From: Mobula hypostoma | Taxonomy: Eukaryota | Assembly (NCBI RefSeq): GCF_963921235.1 | Contig: NC_086108.1 | Location: forward strand, 75,580,001-75,644,000 | Direction of reading: 5' to 3' | Length of the DNA: 64,000 bases | Part shown: positions 13,116 to 25,419 of the stretch, one piece after another | How positions within the stretch are numbered: the first letter of the stretch is position 1 | Layout of the letters: each line of letters begins with the position of its first letter | The notes under the pieces: generated by a model | Seen by the model: the letters and a program-made list of their open reading frames with translations, nothing else | The model's database searches: none | What the model was told of the DNA's origin: nothing | Made by a program: the position numbers and the translations under genes

Positions 13116-14102
13116 AGCCTCAGAACCATCAAACACTCGCCACATGTAAGCCTTTCAATCCTGGTATCATTTTCGTGAACCTCCTTCGTATTCTCTCGAA
13201 AGTGAGTACATCCGTTCTTAGATAATTTGCCCAAAACTGCTCACAATACTCCAAGAGAGGCCTCACCGGCACCTTATAAAGCCTCAACATTGCATTCTTG
13301 CTTTTATATTCTAGTCATCTCAAAACAAATGCTAACATTAGAGTTCCCTTCCTCACCAACTCAACCTGCAAATTAAATTTTAGACAATCCTGCACGAGGA
13401 CTCCTAAATTCCTTTTTAACTTAGATTTTTGAGGTTCTTTCCCCACTTAGAAAATAGTCTACACTGTTATTTCTTTTAACAAAGTGCGTGACCTTACACT
13501 TCTCAACACTGAATTCTACTTGCCACTTATTTCCATATTCTCCTAATCTGTCTAAATCCTTCTGTAGCCTTTCTGATTCCTCAACACCACTTGCCCTTTT
13601 ATCTACCTTCATATCATCCTTAAAGTTGGCCCCAAAACCATCAATTCCATCATCCAAATCATTGAAATATAACGTAACAAGAAGCAGTCCCAAAACAGAC
13701 CCCTGTAGAATACCAGGAATCACTGGTGACCAACCAGGAAAGGCTCCTTTATTCCCACTCCTTGCCTCCTGCCAATCAGCCAATGATCTATCAATACCAG
13801 TATCTTCCCTGTAATATCATGGGCTCTTAATTTGTTAGGCAGCCTCATGTGTGGCACCTTGTTAAAAGCCATCAGAAAATCCAAGTACACAATATCCATT
13901 GATTCTCCTTTGTCTATCTTGCTTGTTATTGCATCAAAGAATTCTAACAGATTTGTTAGGCATGATTAGACAGATTAGGCAAGATTTTCCCATAAGGAAA
14001 CCATGCTGACTTCAGCCTATTTTATCACGTGCCTCAAAGTACCTCGAAACTACGTTCTTAACAATCGACTTCAACATCTTCCCAACCACTGAGGTCAGAC
14101 TA

Positions 14103-14411
14103 GATTAAGATTAGATTAAAGTCTGTCACGAGCCTTGTGGCCCATCAGGCTGGTGCTTATGCCGGTTTCCATGGCGTGAAGCGACTGAAAGTATGAGACT
14201 CACCCCCCGCCCCCCCTGATAGGACGCCAGTTTATTGCGAGGTTAACCCCCATCATTTTTGCTGGTACCCATTCTCAGCTGGGTAGACTGGAGCATTGTG
14301 TGGTTAAGTGCCTTGCTCAAGGACACACACGCTGCCTCGGCCGAGGCTCAAACCCACAACCTTCAGATCGCTAGTCCAACGCCCTAACCACTTGGCCACG
14401 CGCCACACTTC
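14103..14411 (-). mobile_element. tRNA-derived SINE
   Basis: A box TGGCCAAGTGG, B box GGTTTGAGCC, central GTCCTTGAGCAAGGCACTTAAC..AATGGGTACC; 12-bp TSD GAGGTCAGACTA (14091-14102, 14412-14423). Confidence 0.88.
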
Positions 14412-14774
14412 GAGGTCAGACTACCTGGCCTGTAATTTCTTTTCTTTTGGCTCTCTCCCTTCTTAAAGTGTGGAGTGGCAGTTGCAATTTTTCAGTCCTC
14501 TGGAACCATGCCAGAATCCATGGATTCTTGAAAGATCATTGTTAATGCCTCCACAATCTCTTCAGTCACTTCTTTCTGAACCCTGGAGTGTAACCCATCT
14601 GGTCCAGGTGTCTTACCTACCTTCAGACCTTTCAGTTTCCCAAGCATCTTCTCCCTAGTAATAACAACTTCATTCATTTCAGGCATATTGCTAGTGTCTT
14701 CCACAGTGAAGACTGATGCAATATACTCATTCAGTTTGTCTGACATTTCCTTGTTCCCCATTACTACCTCTCCA

Positions 14775-14869
14775 GCAACACACACAAAATGCTGGAGGAA
14801 CTCAGCAGGCCAGGCAGCATCAATGGAAAAGAGTAAACAGTCAATGTTTTGGGACAAGACCCTTCATCA
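14775..14869 (-). mobile_element. Penelope pLTR fragment with partial hammerhead motif
   Basis: Minus strand TGATGA-AGGGTCTTGTCCC-AAAACATT-GACTG followed by the family tail. Confidence 0.65.
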
Positions 14870-16905
14870 CACCTCTCTACCTCTCGAGCATCATTTTCCA
14901 GCAGTCTGATATCTACTCTCACCTCTTTTACACTTTATATATCTGAAGAAAATTTTAATATCCTCTTTAATATTATTGACTAGTTTACCTTCATATTCAA
15001 CCTTCTGCTTCTTTGTGACTTTTTAGATACTTTCTGTTGGGTTTTAAAAGCTTCCCAATCCTCTAATTTCCCACTATTCATTGTTCTATTATATACCCTT
15101 TCTTTGGTTTTTATGTTCGCTTTGACTTCTCTTGTCATCATCCTGCCTTTAGAATACTTCATCTTATTTGGGATGTATCTATCTTGTGCCTTCCGAATCG
15201 CTCCCAGAAACTTCTGCCATTGCTGTTCTGTCGTCATCCCTGCTAGTGTTCCTTTCCAATCAATTTAGGCCAGCTCCTATTTCATGCCTCTGTAATTCAC
15301 TTTACTCCACTGTAATACTGACACATTTGTCTTTAGCTTCTCCTTCTCAAATTTCAGGGTGAATGTGATCATATTGTGATCACTGTCTCCTAAGGATTTC
15401 TTTACCTTGAGCTCTCTCTCTTTCCGGTTCATTGCACAACACCCAAACCAGAATAGCTAATCCCCTGGTAGGCTCAACCATCCGGTGCTCTAAAGAGCCA
15501 TCTCGTAGGCATTCTAGAAAATCTCGTTTCCCCGTCCCCCACTTAGCATTCAGCACCAATCTGCCTGCAAATTAAAATCCTCCTTGACTATCATGAAATT
15601 GCCCTTTTGACATGCACTTTCTACTTCCCAGTGAAATTTGGGAACCACATCTTTGCTACTGTGTTGTCTGTAACTCCCATCAGAGCCTTCTTACTTTGCA
15701 GTTTCTTAGCTCTACCCATGATTCCACACCTTCCACCTCTTTCTAAGCATCTGATTTCATTTTTTACCAAGAGAGCTACACCACCCCATCTGACTACCTG
15801 CGGTCCTTTTGACATAATTTGTATCCTTGGACATGAAGCTCCCTGCTATAATTTTCTTTCAGCCACGATTCAGTGATGCCCACAACATCATACATGCCAA
15901 TCTATAACTGTGTTACAAGTTCATCTACCTTATTCCATATAATGTGTGCATTCAGATATAACACCTTCAGTCCTGTATCCATCACTGTTTTCGATTTTGT
16001 CCCGTTTTACATTCCAACATCCCATTGACTGTAATTTTGCCCTACCATCAGCCTCTCCTTGCTAGCAAGACACTGCCTCTGTTTATAAACTAACTACCTC
16101 ATTTTCAGCACTAACACTCTGGTTCCCATTCCACTGTCTAATTAGTTTAAACAATTCTGAACAGCTCTATCAAACCTGCCTGCAAGAATATTGGTCCCTC
16201 TCGGGTTCAGTTGTAGCCCATCCCTTTGATACAGGTCATATATTACCAGAAATCTGAACCTCTGCCCCACTCACCATTTCCTCATCCACATTTTCATCTG
16301 CCAAATCATCCTATTCTTATCCTCAATGACATGTGGCATGGGCAGAAATCCAGAGATTTTTATGCTGAAGGTCTTACTTTTCAACTTTCTACCTAGCTCC
16401 CTAAAACTCTCTTCAGGACCTCCTCACATTTCCTACCTACGTCATTGGTGCCAATATGTATCCAAGACTTCTGGCTGCTCACCTTCCCCCTTTAGAATGC
16501 CGTAGACCCAATCCAAGACATCCCTGACCCTAGTACCTGGGAGGCAACCTACCATCTGGGGCGTGTCTGTCGCTTCCACAGAATATTGTCTCTATTCCCC
16601 CAACTATGGAATCTCCTATCACTACTGAAGTCCTCTTCATCTAGTTCTGTCAAAAGTTCAGTCACTTGTAATGTCATCTAAGCCATTCGGCTTTATTTTC
16701 AGATTTTTTTATGTTTTTGATGTTTAAATACTATTAAAATTGTTTTAAAAAGTTGAAACAAATTTTAAAAAACCAAAAAAAATTAAGAAAATTAAAGAAA
16801 ATACACAAAAATGTTATATTTCCAAGTGACGTGGAGAAAAGCTATTTAGTCCATTCAATCCATAATGGTTCAGAGTGCAAATACATTCCCAGTAAATTTA
16901 TCAGT

Positions 16906-17084
16906 TACGCAAACAACAGGAATTCTGCAGATGCTGGAAATTCAAGCAACACACATCAAAGTTGCTGGTGAACGCAGCAAGCCAGGCAGCATCTGTAGGA
17001 AGAGGTGCAGTCGATGTTTCAGGCCGAGACCCTTCGTCCTGATGAAGGGTCTCGGCCTGAAATGTCGACTGCACCTCTTCCTAC
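16906..17084. mobile_element. Palindromic Penelope pLTR-derived mini-insertion with hammerhead
   Basis: ~45-bp near-perfect inverted repeat (16994-17084); 12-bp TSD AAATTTATCAGT (16894-16905, 17085-17096). Confidence 0.85.
17036..17069 (+). ncRNA. Minimal type I hammerhead ribozyme motif
   Basis: GTC-CTGATGA-A-GGG-TCTCGG-CCT-GAAA-TG-TC-GAC: both core boxes intact, stem I GTC/GAC. Confidence 0.65.
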
Positions 17085-17209
17085 AAATTTATCAGTACGT
17101 TCTCTTCATCTCCTCTCAGATTCTACCACTCATCTACATAATAGTAAAGTGTAAGTCAATTTTACTACAGAGCAATTTAGGGCCTTGTAAATTGGCCGTA
17201 AATGTACAG

Positions 17210-17350
17210 GGCAATTTACAATACCAGTTAACCTACCACAGCACATGTTTTTTTGGGATATTGGAGGAAACTGGAGCAACGGGAGAATTTACAATACCAG
17301 TTAACCTAACACCGCACGTTTTTTGGGATATTGGAGGAAATTGGAGAAAA
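17210..17350. repeat. Tandem duplication (~70 bp x2) within a SINE remnant
   Basis: AATTTACAATACCAGTTAACCTA..TTTTGGGATATTGGAGGAAA occurs twice. Confidence 0.7.
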
Positions 17351-18383
17351 ATCCGCCCCATCTCGAAAACCCATGTACAGATTTCACTGTAGATATGCCA
17401 TTGAGTTACCCATAGATTCTGAATCTCTAGGTCAGGAGGCCCCTTTTCAAAAATACTGCTGACTACTATTGCTGGCATAATAATGGAAAACCACATACCC
17501 AGCAAGACAAAGCTTTGTCACAACAATGTTGCAGTGTGGTCAATGCACTGGCATCTGTAATTCAGCAAGTCCAAAACCTGAAAGAGAAGTTCCCTGAAAC
17601 TTGTCAGCTACCTTCAGAAATGTGGGTACAGCCAACTCAATACTGCCGTCTATCTGTTGAACTGTAATATACTTGTGGATACCAAATTGTGCCTTTCTAA
17701 TAAAATAGTGGGGGAAATGCAAACTCCTTTCTATTTTTCAAAAGTAGATTGGAATTTTCTTCAATGTCAGGAGAAATGGATGTATTTTGTGACAATTCAT
17801 GACCCACAAATTAAATTGTGGACTTGCCTAACACAAGCATGGAGTAGCAATTGGGGGGAATTGGAAAATGTACACTCAGCCAGGAAATTTGATCCATTAG
17901 TGCACATGTTTTATGACAAAAAATGACTTAACAAAGGGTAGATCACACTAGTGATAATATCTAGAAAAAAGTTGCTCCCATCAGGAAGTTGGCAATTGCA
18001 CTTGAAATTACCTGGTGTTTTCCCAAAGTAAGTCACACACTTAATGATGTTGTAGGGTGTACTCCACAGTTTTTCTTCCTTTATAAGCATAAATTTCAGT
18101 TTTTGGTTGCAATTTACGACTTACGTTGAAAAGTCACAAACACTAGGAGGACATTGTGCTGTGTTAGTGTTAGTTTATTATTGTTACGTGTACCAAGATA
18201 CAGTAAAAAGTTTTCATTTGCATACCATCCAGACAGCATGTCATACAGAAGTACATCAGGAGAGAAGAAGGAAAAACAGAATGCAGAATACAATGTTGCA
18301 GTTATAGAGAAAGTGCAGTGCAGGAAGGCAAATAAAGTGAAAATCAAGTAATGAATTTCCACCTCTATGGTTTGCCTACAGCA

Positions 18384-18546
18384 AGCAAGAGAAAATCTGC
18401 AGATGCTGGGAATCAAAGTAATACACACAAAAATGTGGAGAAATTCAGCAGGCCAGGTAGCATCTATGGAAAAGAGTAAACAGTCGACGCTTTGGGCTGA
18501 GACCCTTCATTAGGACCGGAGTTCCTCTAGCATTTTGTGTGTTTTA
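18384..18546. mobile_element. Penelope pLTR-derived insertion (minus hammerhead plus short inverted tail)
   Basis: Degenerate hammerhead at 18481-18518; TSD CCTACAGCA (18375-18383, 18547-18555). Confidence 0.7.
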
Positions 18547-20099
18547 CCTACAGCATCTGTCAGCCTCAGTGTTTGATCTTCAGGGTAATTGAAATCTAAT
18601 CACTAGTTGCTGTTTCTTTATATTACACACATCAGAGCTAGCTGCTGGAATCTCTACATCATTACTCATCCAGTACCTTGCAGTAGTGTGGTGCCAGGGC
18701 AAGTAGACACATGAAGGGTGCCTTCAAAGAAGACCCTCCTCATTTCCCTTCTCTAATAATTTCTCTCATCTCCATGGCAGCCTTTTATACAGCTGTTGTG
18801 TGGTTTTTGTGAACAAGTTCCTTTCATCTCTGATACATTCTCCAAAATAATAACCGAGAAAATGAGAGAAAACCCCAAAGCATAATAAAGCAACATTTTC
18901 AAGGATGAGGTGTGCCAGCTGGAGGCTCGTTACAATGCCACAAATTGGAAAACCAAAGCCAAAGATCCTTAGATAAAGAACCTATTTAAACTAAAAATGA
19001 GTGTGCATGATGCGTATCAAGTAAATCCTTTAAATGAAAATCAGGATAAGTACAGTAAGTTGAAAGAGGAAATGAGGAAAAAAATACAGGCAAAGATAGA
19101 ATATCGAACAGAATAGTGGCTACATAAAGGGGGACACGAGTTCTTCTACCAACATGTTAATGTAAGCAGGTAGGAAGAGGCAGAACGGGACATTTTAGGG
19201 TAAATAAAAGGGGTGTATGCTTACAAGTGCAAGTCAGATCTTGAATACTTAATTGCTATTTTTTTATTGGTGTTTATTAAGGAAGATGATTCTGATAAAA
19301 TGTTTAAATTCATATAAATGGTAGAGGTAATGGTTTGGAGTGAAAATAAATATGCAGGATATTCTAGAGATGGTAGCTATGGTTAGAATGTGTATTCCAT
19401 GGGTATCCAATGTTCCTAAGAGGAGTTAGAATGGACTTGGTGGAACACCGTACCATAACCTTCCATTCTTTCCACGATAAGGAGAAATACAATGAGGCTC
19501 AAAAATGTTCAAGAAAGATTGTAAGATCATTCCTGGTAATCATGGGCCTTCTACTTTAGCATTGGTAATAGATAAATTATAGAAATATTAATTAAGGAAA
19601 TTATTGGAGAGGCTTGAGTTAATTAGTAAGAGTTAGTAAAGATTTGTAAAAGATAAATTATGTTTAATTAACCTAATTGAAATATACAGCCCTTGTGATT
19701 TGATAGTTATGGGATTTAGCACAGGTGACACAATTTATAGTGGTACTTTTCCAGTTAGCATAGGCTGTGATTAGGTGAAGAACTTCCAGGTGGTGGTGTT
19801 TCATACGCTGGAAAACTGCAGAGCATTTTTGTTGATGATTCATACCGCTGCTACTATATACATGGGTGAAGACAATGAGTGTTTAGGATAGTTGATGGGG
19901 TGCCAATCCAGGATCTGCTTTGACCCGCATGGTATATAGATCTTTGTGTTGTTGAAGCTGCAATTACCTGAGTGTGAAAACTGTTCCATCCCATTCTGAC
20001 GATTGTCCTGCCACTGATGGAATGGCTTTACTGAGTCAGGAATGAGTCACTCACCACAGGATGCCAGTCCTTTGATCTACTCTTGTAGAAACTGGTGTT

Positions 20100-21438
20100 A
20101 TAGAAACATAGAAACATAGAAAATAGGTGCAGGAGTAGGCCATTCGGCCCTTCGAGCCTGCACCGCCATTTATTATGATCATGGCTGATCATCCAACTCA
20201 GAACCCCGCCCCAGCCTTCCCTCCATACCCCCTGACCCCTGTAGCCACAAGAGCCATATCTAACTCCCTCTTAAACATAGCCAATGAACTGGCCTCAACA
20301 GTTTGCTGTGGCAGAGAATTCCACAGATTCACCACTCTCTGTGTGAAGAAGTTTTTCCTAATCTCGGTCCTAAAAGGCTTCCCCTCTATCCTCAAACTGT
20401 GACCACTCGTTCTGGACTTCCCCAACATCGGGAACAATCTTCCTGCATCTAGCCTGTCTAATCCCTTTAGGATCTTATACGTTTCAATCAGATCCCCCTG
20501 CAATCTTCTAAATTCCAACGAGTACAAGCCCAGTTCATCCAGTCTTTCTTCATATGAAAGTCCTGCCATCCCAGGAATCAATCTGGTGAACCTTCTTTGT
20601 ACTCCCTCTATGGCAAAGATGTCTTTCCTCAGATTAGGGGACCAAAACTGCACACAATACTCCAGGTGTGGTCTCACCAAGGCCTTGTACAACTGCAGGA
20701 GTACCTCCCTGCTTCTGTACTCGAATCCTCTCGCTATAAATGCCAGCATACCATTCGCCTTTTTCACCGCCTGCCGTACCTGCATGCCCACTTTCAATGA
20801 CTGGTGTATAATGACACCCAGGTCTCGTTGCACCTCCCCTTTTCCTAATCGGCCACCATTCAGATAATAATCTGTTTTCCTATTTTTGCCACCAAAGTGG
20901 ATAACTTCACATTTATCCACATTAAATTGCATCTGCCATGAGTTTGCCCACTCACCCAACCTATCCAAGTCACCCTGCATCCTCTTAGCATCCTCCTCAC
21001 TGCTAACACTGCCACCCAGCTTCGTGTCATCCGCAAACTTGGAGATGCTGCATTTAATTCCCTCATCCAAGTCATTAATATATATTGTAAACAACTGGGG
21101 TCCCAGCACTGAGCCTTGCGGTACCCCACTAGTCACCGCCTGCCATTCTGAAAAGGTCCCGTTTATTCCCACTCTTTGCTTCCTGTCTGCTAACCAATTC
21201 TCCACCCACACCAATACCTTACCCCCAATACCGTGTGCTTTAAGTTTGCACACTAATCTCCTGTGTGGGACCTTGTCAAAAGCCTTTTGAAAATCCAAAT
21301 ATACCACATCCACTGGTTCTCCCCTATCCACTCTACTAGTTACATCCTCAAAAAATTCTATGAGATTCGTCAGACATGATTTTCCTTTCACAAATCCATG
21401 CTGACTTTGTCCGATCATTTCACCGCTTTCCAAATGTG
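20100..21438 (-). mobile_element. Young 5'-truncated CR1 LINE
   Basis: Uninterrupted RT ORF, CpGs retained, 3' hairpin and (TTTCTATG)n tail. Confidence 0.93.
20198..21433 (-). CDS. CR1 ORF2 reverse transcriptase, C-terminal 411 aa (5'-truncated copy)
   Basis: QHGFVKGKSCLTNL, YLDFQKAFDKVPH, GVPQGSVLGP, KFADD, LVRPHLEYCVQFWSP. Confidence 0.85.
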   Translation of the reverse strand: MESGEMIGQSQHGFVKGKSCLTNLIEFFEDVTSRVDRGEPVDVVYLDFQKAFDKVPHRRLVCKLKAHGIGGKVLVWVENWLADRKQRVGINGTFSEWQAVTSGVPQGSVLGPQLFTIYINDLDEGIKCSISKFADDTKLGGSVSSEEDAKRMQGDLDRLGEWANSWQMQFNVDKCEVIHFGGKNRKTDYYLNGGRLGKGEVQRDLGVIIHQSLKVGMQVRQAVKKANGMLAFIARGFEYRSREVLLQLYKALVRPHLEYCVQFWSPNLRKDIFAIEGVQRRFTRLIPGMAGLSYEERLDELGLYSLEFRRLQGDLIETYKILKGLDRLDAGRLFPMLGKSRTSGHSLRIEGKPFRTEIRKNFFTQRVVNLWNSLPQQTVEASSLAMFKRELDMALVATGVRGYGGKAGAGF

Positions 21439-21924
21439 GGTAACCTAATTACATTTCTGGTCAACAATAACCTAATGTGGGAGGAAATCTGCAAAAGGAA
21501 TGTCACTTAATGTCAAGGTCAGGATGTTTAGACTCAAGTTGAAGACAACCATTATCTCACATTTGTATGCAGTGACTGTTCTTTGCCACTTTTCAGCTTG
21601 TTGAGGTCTTGTTGAATGTGGGTATTGGCTGTTTTATACCTGAGCAGTACTAGCACCCTCCACAACATGGTGATCAAGCTATTTTAACTTTTGCCAACAG
21701 ATGTTGAGTAAAAAAAAAGGATGATCTTGTCAAATCCATTCAAGCAGGGCATTGCAGATTCTAACCACCATCTGCTTTCTCAGATCCCTTCTAAGTCTCT
21801 TTCCCCTTGCCCTAAACCTACGCCCTCTGGTTGACCAGAAATGTAACTGGGCTAGCTGTTTTATAAATGAGCAGTACTGGCTCACCTTTTATATCTGAGC
21901 TGTACTTGGGCTTCTCTTTGTTGA

Positions 21925-22955
21925 AGCTTATGACTTACACTTACAACTGTTTGGTTAAGCACAGATCCAATGTCATATTCAAGTTTACTGACAGCACCAC
22001 TGTCGTAGGCCAAATATAAGATGGTGATGAATCAGCATATGAGGGAGATTGAAAATCTGGCTGAGTGGTGCCATAACAACAGTCTCTTACTCAATGCCAA
22101 CAAGACCAAAGAGCCAATTATTGACTTCAGGAGAAGGAAACCAGAGGTCCATGAGCCAGTTCTCATCAGAGGATCAAAGGTAGAGAGGGTCAGCAACTTT
22201 AAATTCCTCAGTGTTATTATTTGAAGACTTGTCCTGGATCCAGCACAGAAGTGCAATTATGAAGAAAGCATGGCAGTGTCTCTACTCCCTTGAGAGTTTG
22301 CAGAGGTTTGGCGTGACATCTGAAACTTTGACAAACTACTACTGTATAGATGTGTAGCGGAGAGTATATTAACAGCTTGGTATGGAAACACCAATGCCTT
22401 TGAATGGAAAATCATACAAGTACCAGTGGATATGGCCCAGTCTATCACAGATAAAGTCCACCCCTCCACTGAGCACACCTACATGAAATGCTGTCTCAGG
22501 AAAGCAGCATCCATCATCAGGGACCCCACTACACAGATAATGCCCTCTTTCGCTGCTGCCATCAGGAAGAAGGTATGGGAGCCTCAGGACTCACAGCACC
22601 AGGTACAGGAACAGTTATTATCCCTCAACCATCAGCCTCTTGAACCAAAAGAGATAACTTCACTCAACTTCACTTGCCCCGTCACTGAACTGTTCCCACA
22701 ACCAATGGACTCACTTTTAAGAACTCTTCACCATCTCACACTCTAGTTATTTATTGCTTATTTATTTATTATTATTATTTCTTTGTTCTTGTATTTTACA
22801 GTTTGTTGTCTTCTGCTCTCTGGTTGAATGTCCAAGTTGGGCTGTCTTTCATTGATTTTATTATAATTATTATTCTATAGATTTTTTGAGAATGCCCACA
22901 AGAAAATGAATGGTGACATATATGTACTTAGATAATAAATTTACTTTGAACCTTG
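21925..22955 (+). mobile_element. Rex1/Babar-like LINE 3' portion
   Basis: KFTDSTTVVG; EIENLAEWCHNNSLLLNANKTKEPIIDFRR; VERVSNFKFL; 3' UTR. Confidence 0.8.
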
Positions 22956-25292
22956 AAATCTCAGTGCAGGGGACTTCTACATCACAAACCTTCTCCCTTC
23001 TCCACACAGAGTCATTGATTCTTCCAGCTCACTTTGTCCATGGTGACCATCAATCAGTCGGCAGCTACCCTTATCCCACACACTCATTTGGTCACAGCCT
23101 TCCATGCCTTGGCAATTTAAATGTTCATTTATGTACTTCTTATAAGTTGTGAAAGTACCTGCTTCCATCATCAACTCAGGCAGGGCATTCAAAATTCCAA
23201 CCACAATCTGCCTCCTCAGAACCCTTCTGCCTCTTTCCCTTACCCTAAACCTGCGCCCTTTGTTTTTTGACACTATCATCCTCTTCCTTTTATTCCACCT
23301 CTGTTGGCAAGAGTTAAGTTGGCTTGATCGTCATATTGTAGAGGATGCAGCAAGCAACCATGAAAGCTTACCAGAGTGTAGTATAACGTAGACAATTGTA
23401 TCAGCACACTAATAATCTTCTCAATGATATTATAAGAGCTAACATGATTTCCCCTTGTTTTCAGCTTTCACCTCAATGAAGAACTTGGATCATGAATACT
23501 ACACTTCCCCAGACAGCCACCCACTGGTCTAGTGAGGGCATAGCAAACAGGTGCATGAGAAAAGCAATCTGAGGGCAGCCTAGATGTTGTGTGTTGGTCA
23601 TTGTGACTTTCTGCAAATGCTCACAGAAAGATTTTACACCAAGGGTATGAAACCCCTTTTGGTCACAGTACTCGTTCCCATATTTAAGTGATAACTTCAA
23701 AGTCAATGTCATCTTGTACTAAGAGGCAATCCAGGCAAACCTAAATATAATAGTATAGCACATTTTATGATACTCTTTACGCTTAGTTCAGCCGAGGATT
23801 CACATTTAAACTAAAGCAAATAATTACTGCTGCAAATTAGTAGAAGAATACTATAAATATGTTTTATGTTCTTGTATGCAAATAGAGCCATCAATGATTT
23901 AGAAGTTATAGTGAATACTTACTTGATCAGTCCCAAAGGCTAAACATTAAAATCATTATGAGGTCTAGCTTGAAAGAGACATCATTCTCAAATAAACAAA
24001 TGGAAAAGACTTCCTTTTAGCCACTATACCAAACTTCTTTGTCAAAGGAGGAACTAATCTTGATAACCTGAAGTATCTTCAGTTTCATTGTCTTGGCCTA
24101 TTGTTCAAGTTTGCAAATAAGCTTTTTACTAAAGGCTGGATTCTCCTTGACCATCGCTATCATACTGTCACCTTCCGCCTTGTCATGCTCAAAATTTCAC
24201 ACAACCCTCTCCAATTCTGGTCGAGCCACAATCCATTTGAGTTAGTGCTACTAAAGTGCTGGCCATCACTGTGAAATGTTTTTATTTTCCTTATAACTTT
24301 ATTTATTCTTTGAAGTGTCAAACTTGAAACAGTCCATTTTCATATGTTATTGGAATGAGCAAGGCATTGAGGGATATGGAATTAATGCAGTTAAGTGGAA
24401 TTAGTACACATAGGCCTGATGGTTGGCATACACACAGTGATCCAAAAAGCCTGTTCCCCTGCTGTGTGCAATTCTATGACTCCATTTTATTTATATCTCT
24501 GTGACTGTATGGCTAAGAACAGCTCCAAAGCCATATTTAAGTTTGGTGATGACAACACTGTTATTGGCCAAATCAAAGGTGATGACAAATCAGCATATAG
24601 AGGGAGACTGAGAATCTAGCTCCATAGTGCCACAACAACAAGCTCTCACTCAATGTCAGCAAGACCAAGGAGCTGATTATTGACTTCAGGAGGAGGAAAC
24701 CAGAGGTCCATGAGCCAGTCCTCACTGGGGGATCAGAAGTGGAGAGGGTCGGCTACTTTAAATTCCTTGATGTTAACATTTCAGAGGACCTGTCCTGCAA
24801 TCAATCGCGGGGAGGGCACAACAGCACCTCTACTTCCTAAGAAGTTTATGAAGATTCAGGGTATCTAAGATTTTGACAAACTTCTTTAGATGTGTGGCAG
24901 AGAGCATATTGACTGGTTCAATGCCCTTGAATGGAAAATCCTCCAGAAAGTAGTGGATGTAGCCCAATCCAACGTGGGTAAATCCCTCCCCACCATTGAG
25001 CACATCTACATGGAGCACTGTCGCAGGAAAGCAACACCCATCATCAGAGACCCTTCCTCACCACCCAGTTCATGCTCTCCTCACACTGCTGCCATCAGAA
25101 AGAGAGTACTGAAGCCTCAAGACTCACATCACGAGGTTCAGGAACAGTTATTACCCTTCAACTATCAGGCTCTGAACCACTGGGATAACTTCACTCAATG
25201 TCTCTTGCTCCATCACTGAACTGTTCCCATAACCTATGTCAGGATTGGTCTCCTTTCAGATTAACAGGGTCATGGCGTGAACGTTCCTGACT

Positions 25293-25354
25293 GGGGTCGA
25301 GTCAGGAACATTCACGCCGTGACCCTGTTAATCCAAAAGGAGACCAATCCTGAC
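25293..25354 (+). ncRNA. HDV-like self-cleaving ribozyme at the element 5' end
   Basis: P1 GGGGTC/GACCCT, P2 GTCAGGA/TCCTGAC, P3 AC(A/G)/CGT, L3 TTCACGC, P4 TCC-(A/G)AAA-GGA, J4/2 CCAA, in canonical nested-pseudoknot order. Confidence 0.8.
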
Positions 25355-25419
25355 ATTACGTGCCAGACCAAGTGATCCAGTGGGTGGTAAAAGGATAAAC
25401 CCTCGGCCCACTGGAAATC

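Larger units (their letters stand above)
11258..16640 (-). mobile_element. Old, long CR1 LINE (ORF1 esterase remnant to 3' tail) interrupted by three insertions
   Basis: Minus strand: VIGDSIV..MVGCLPG near 16530-16625; GGVALLVKNEI; KTPGPDGLHSRV; LQGSVLG; (CTTATGGT)n-type tail at 11258; sequence resumes across the inserts. Confidence 0.8.
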
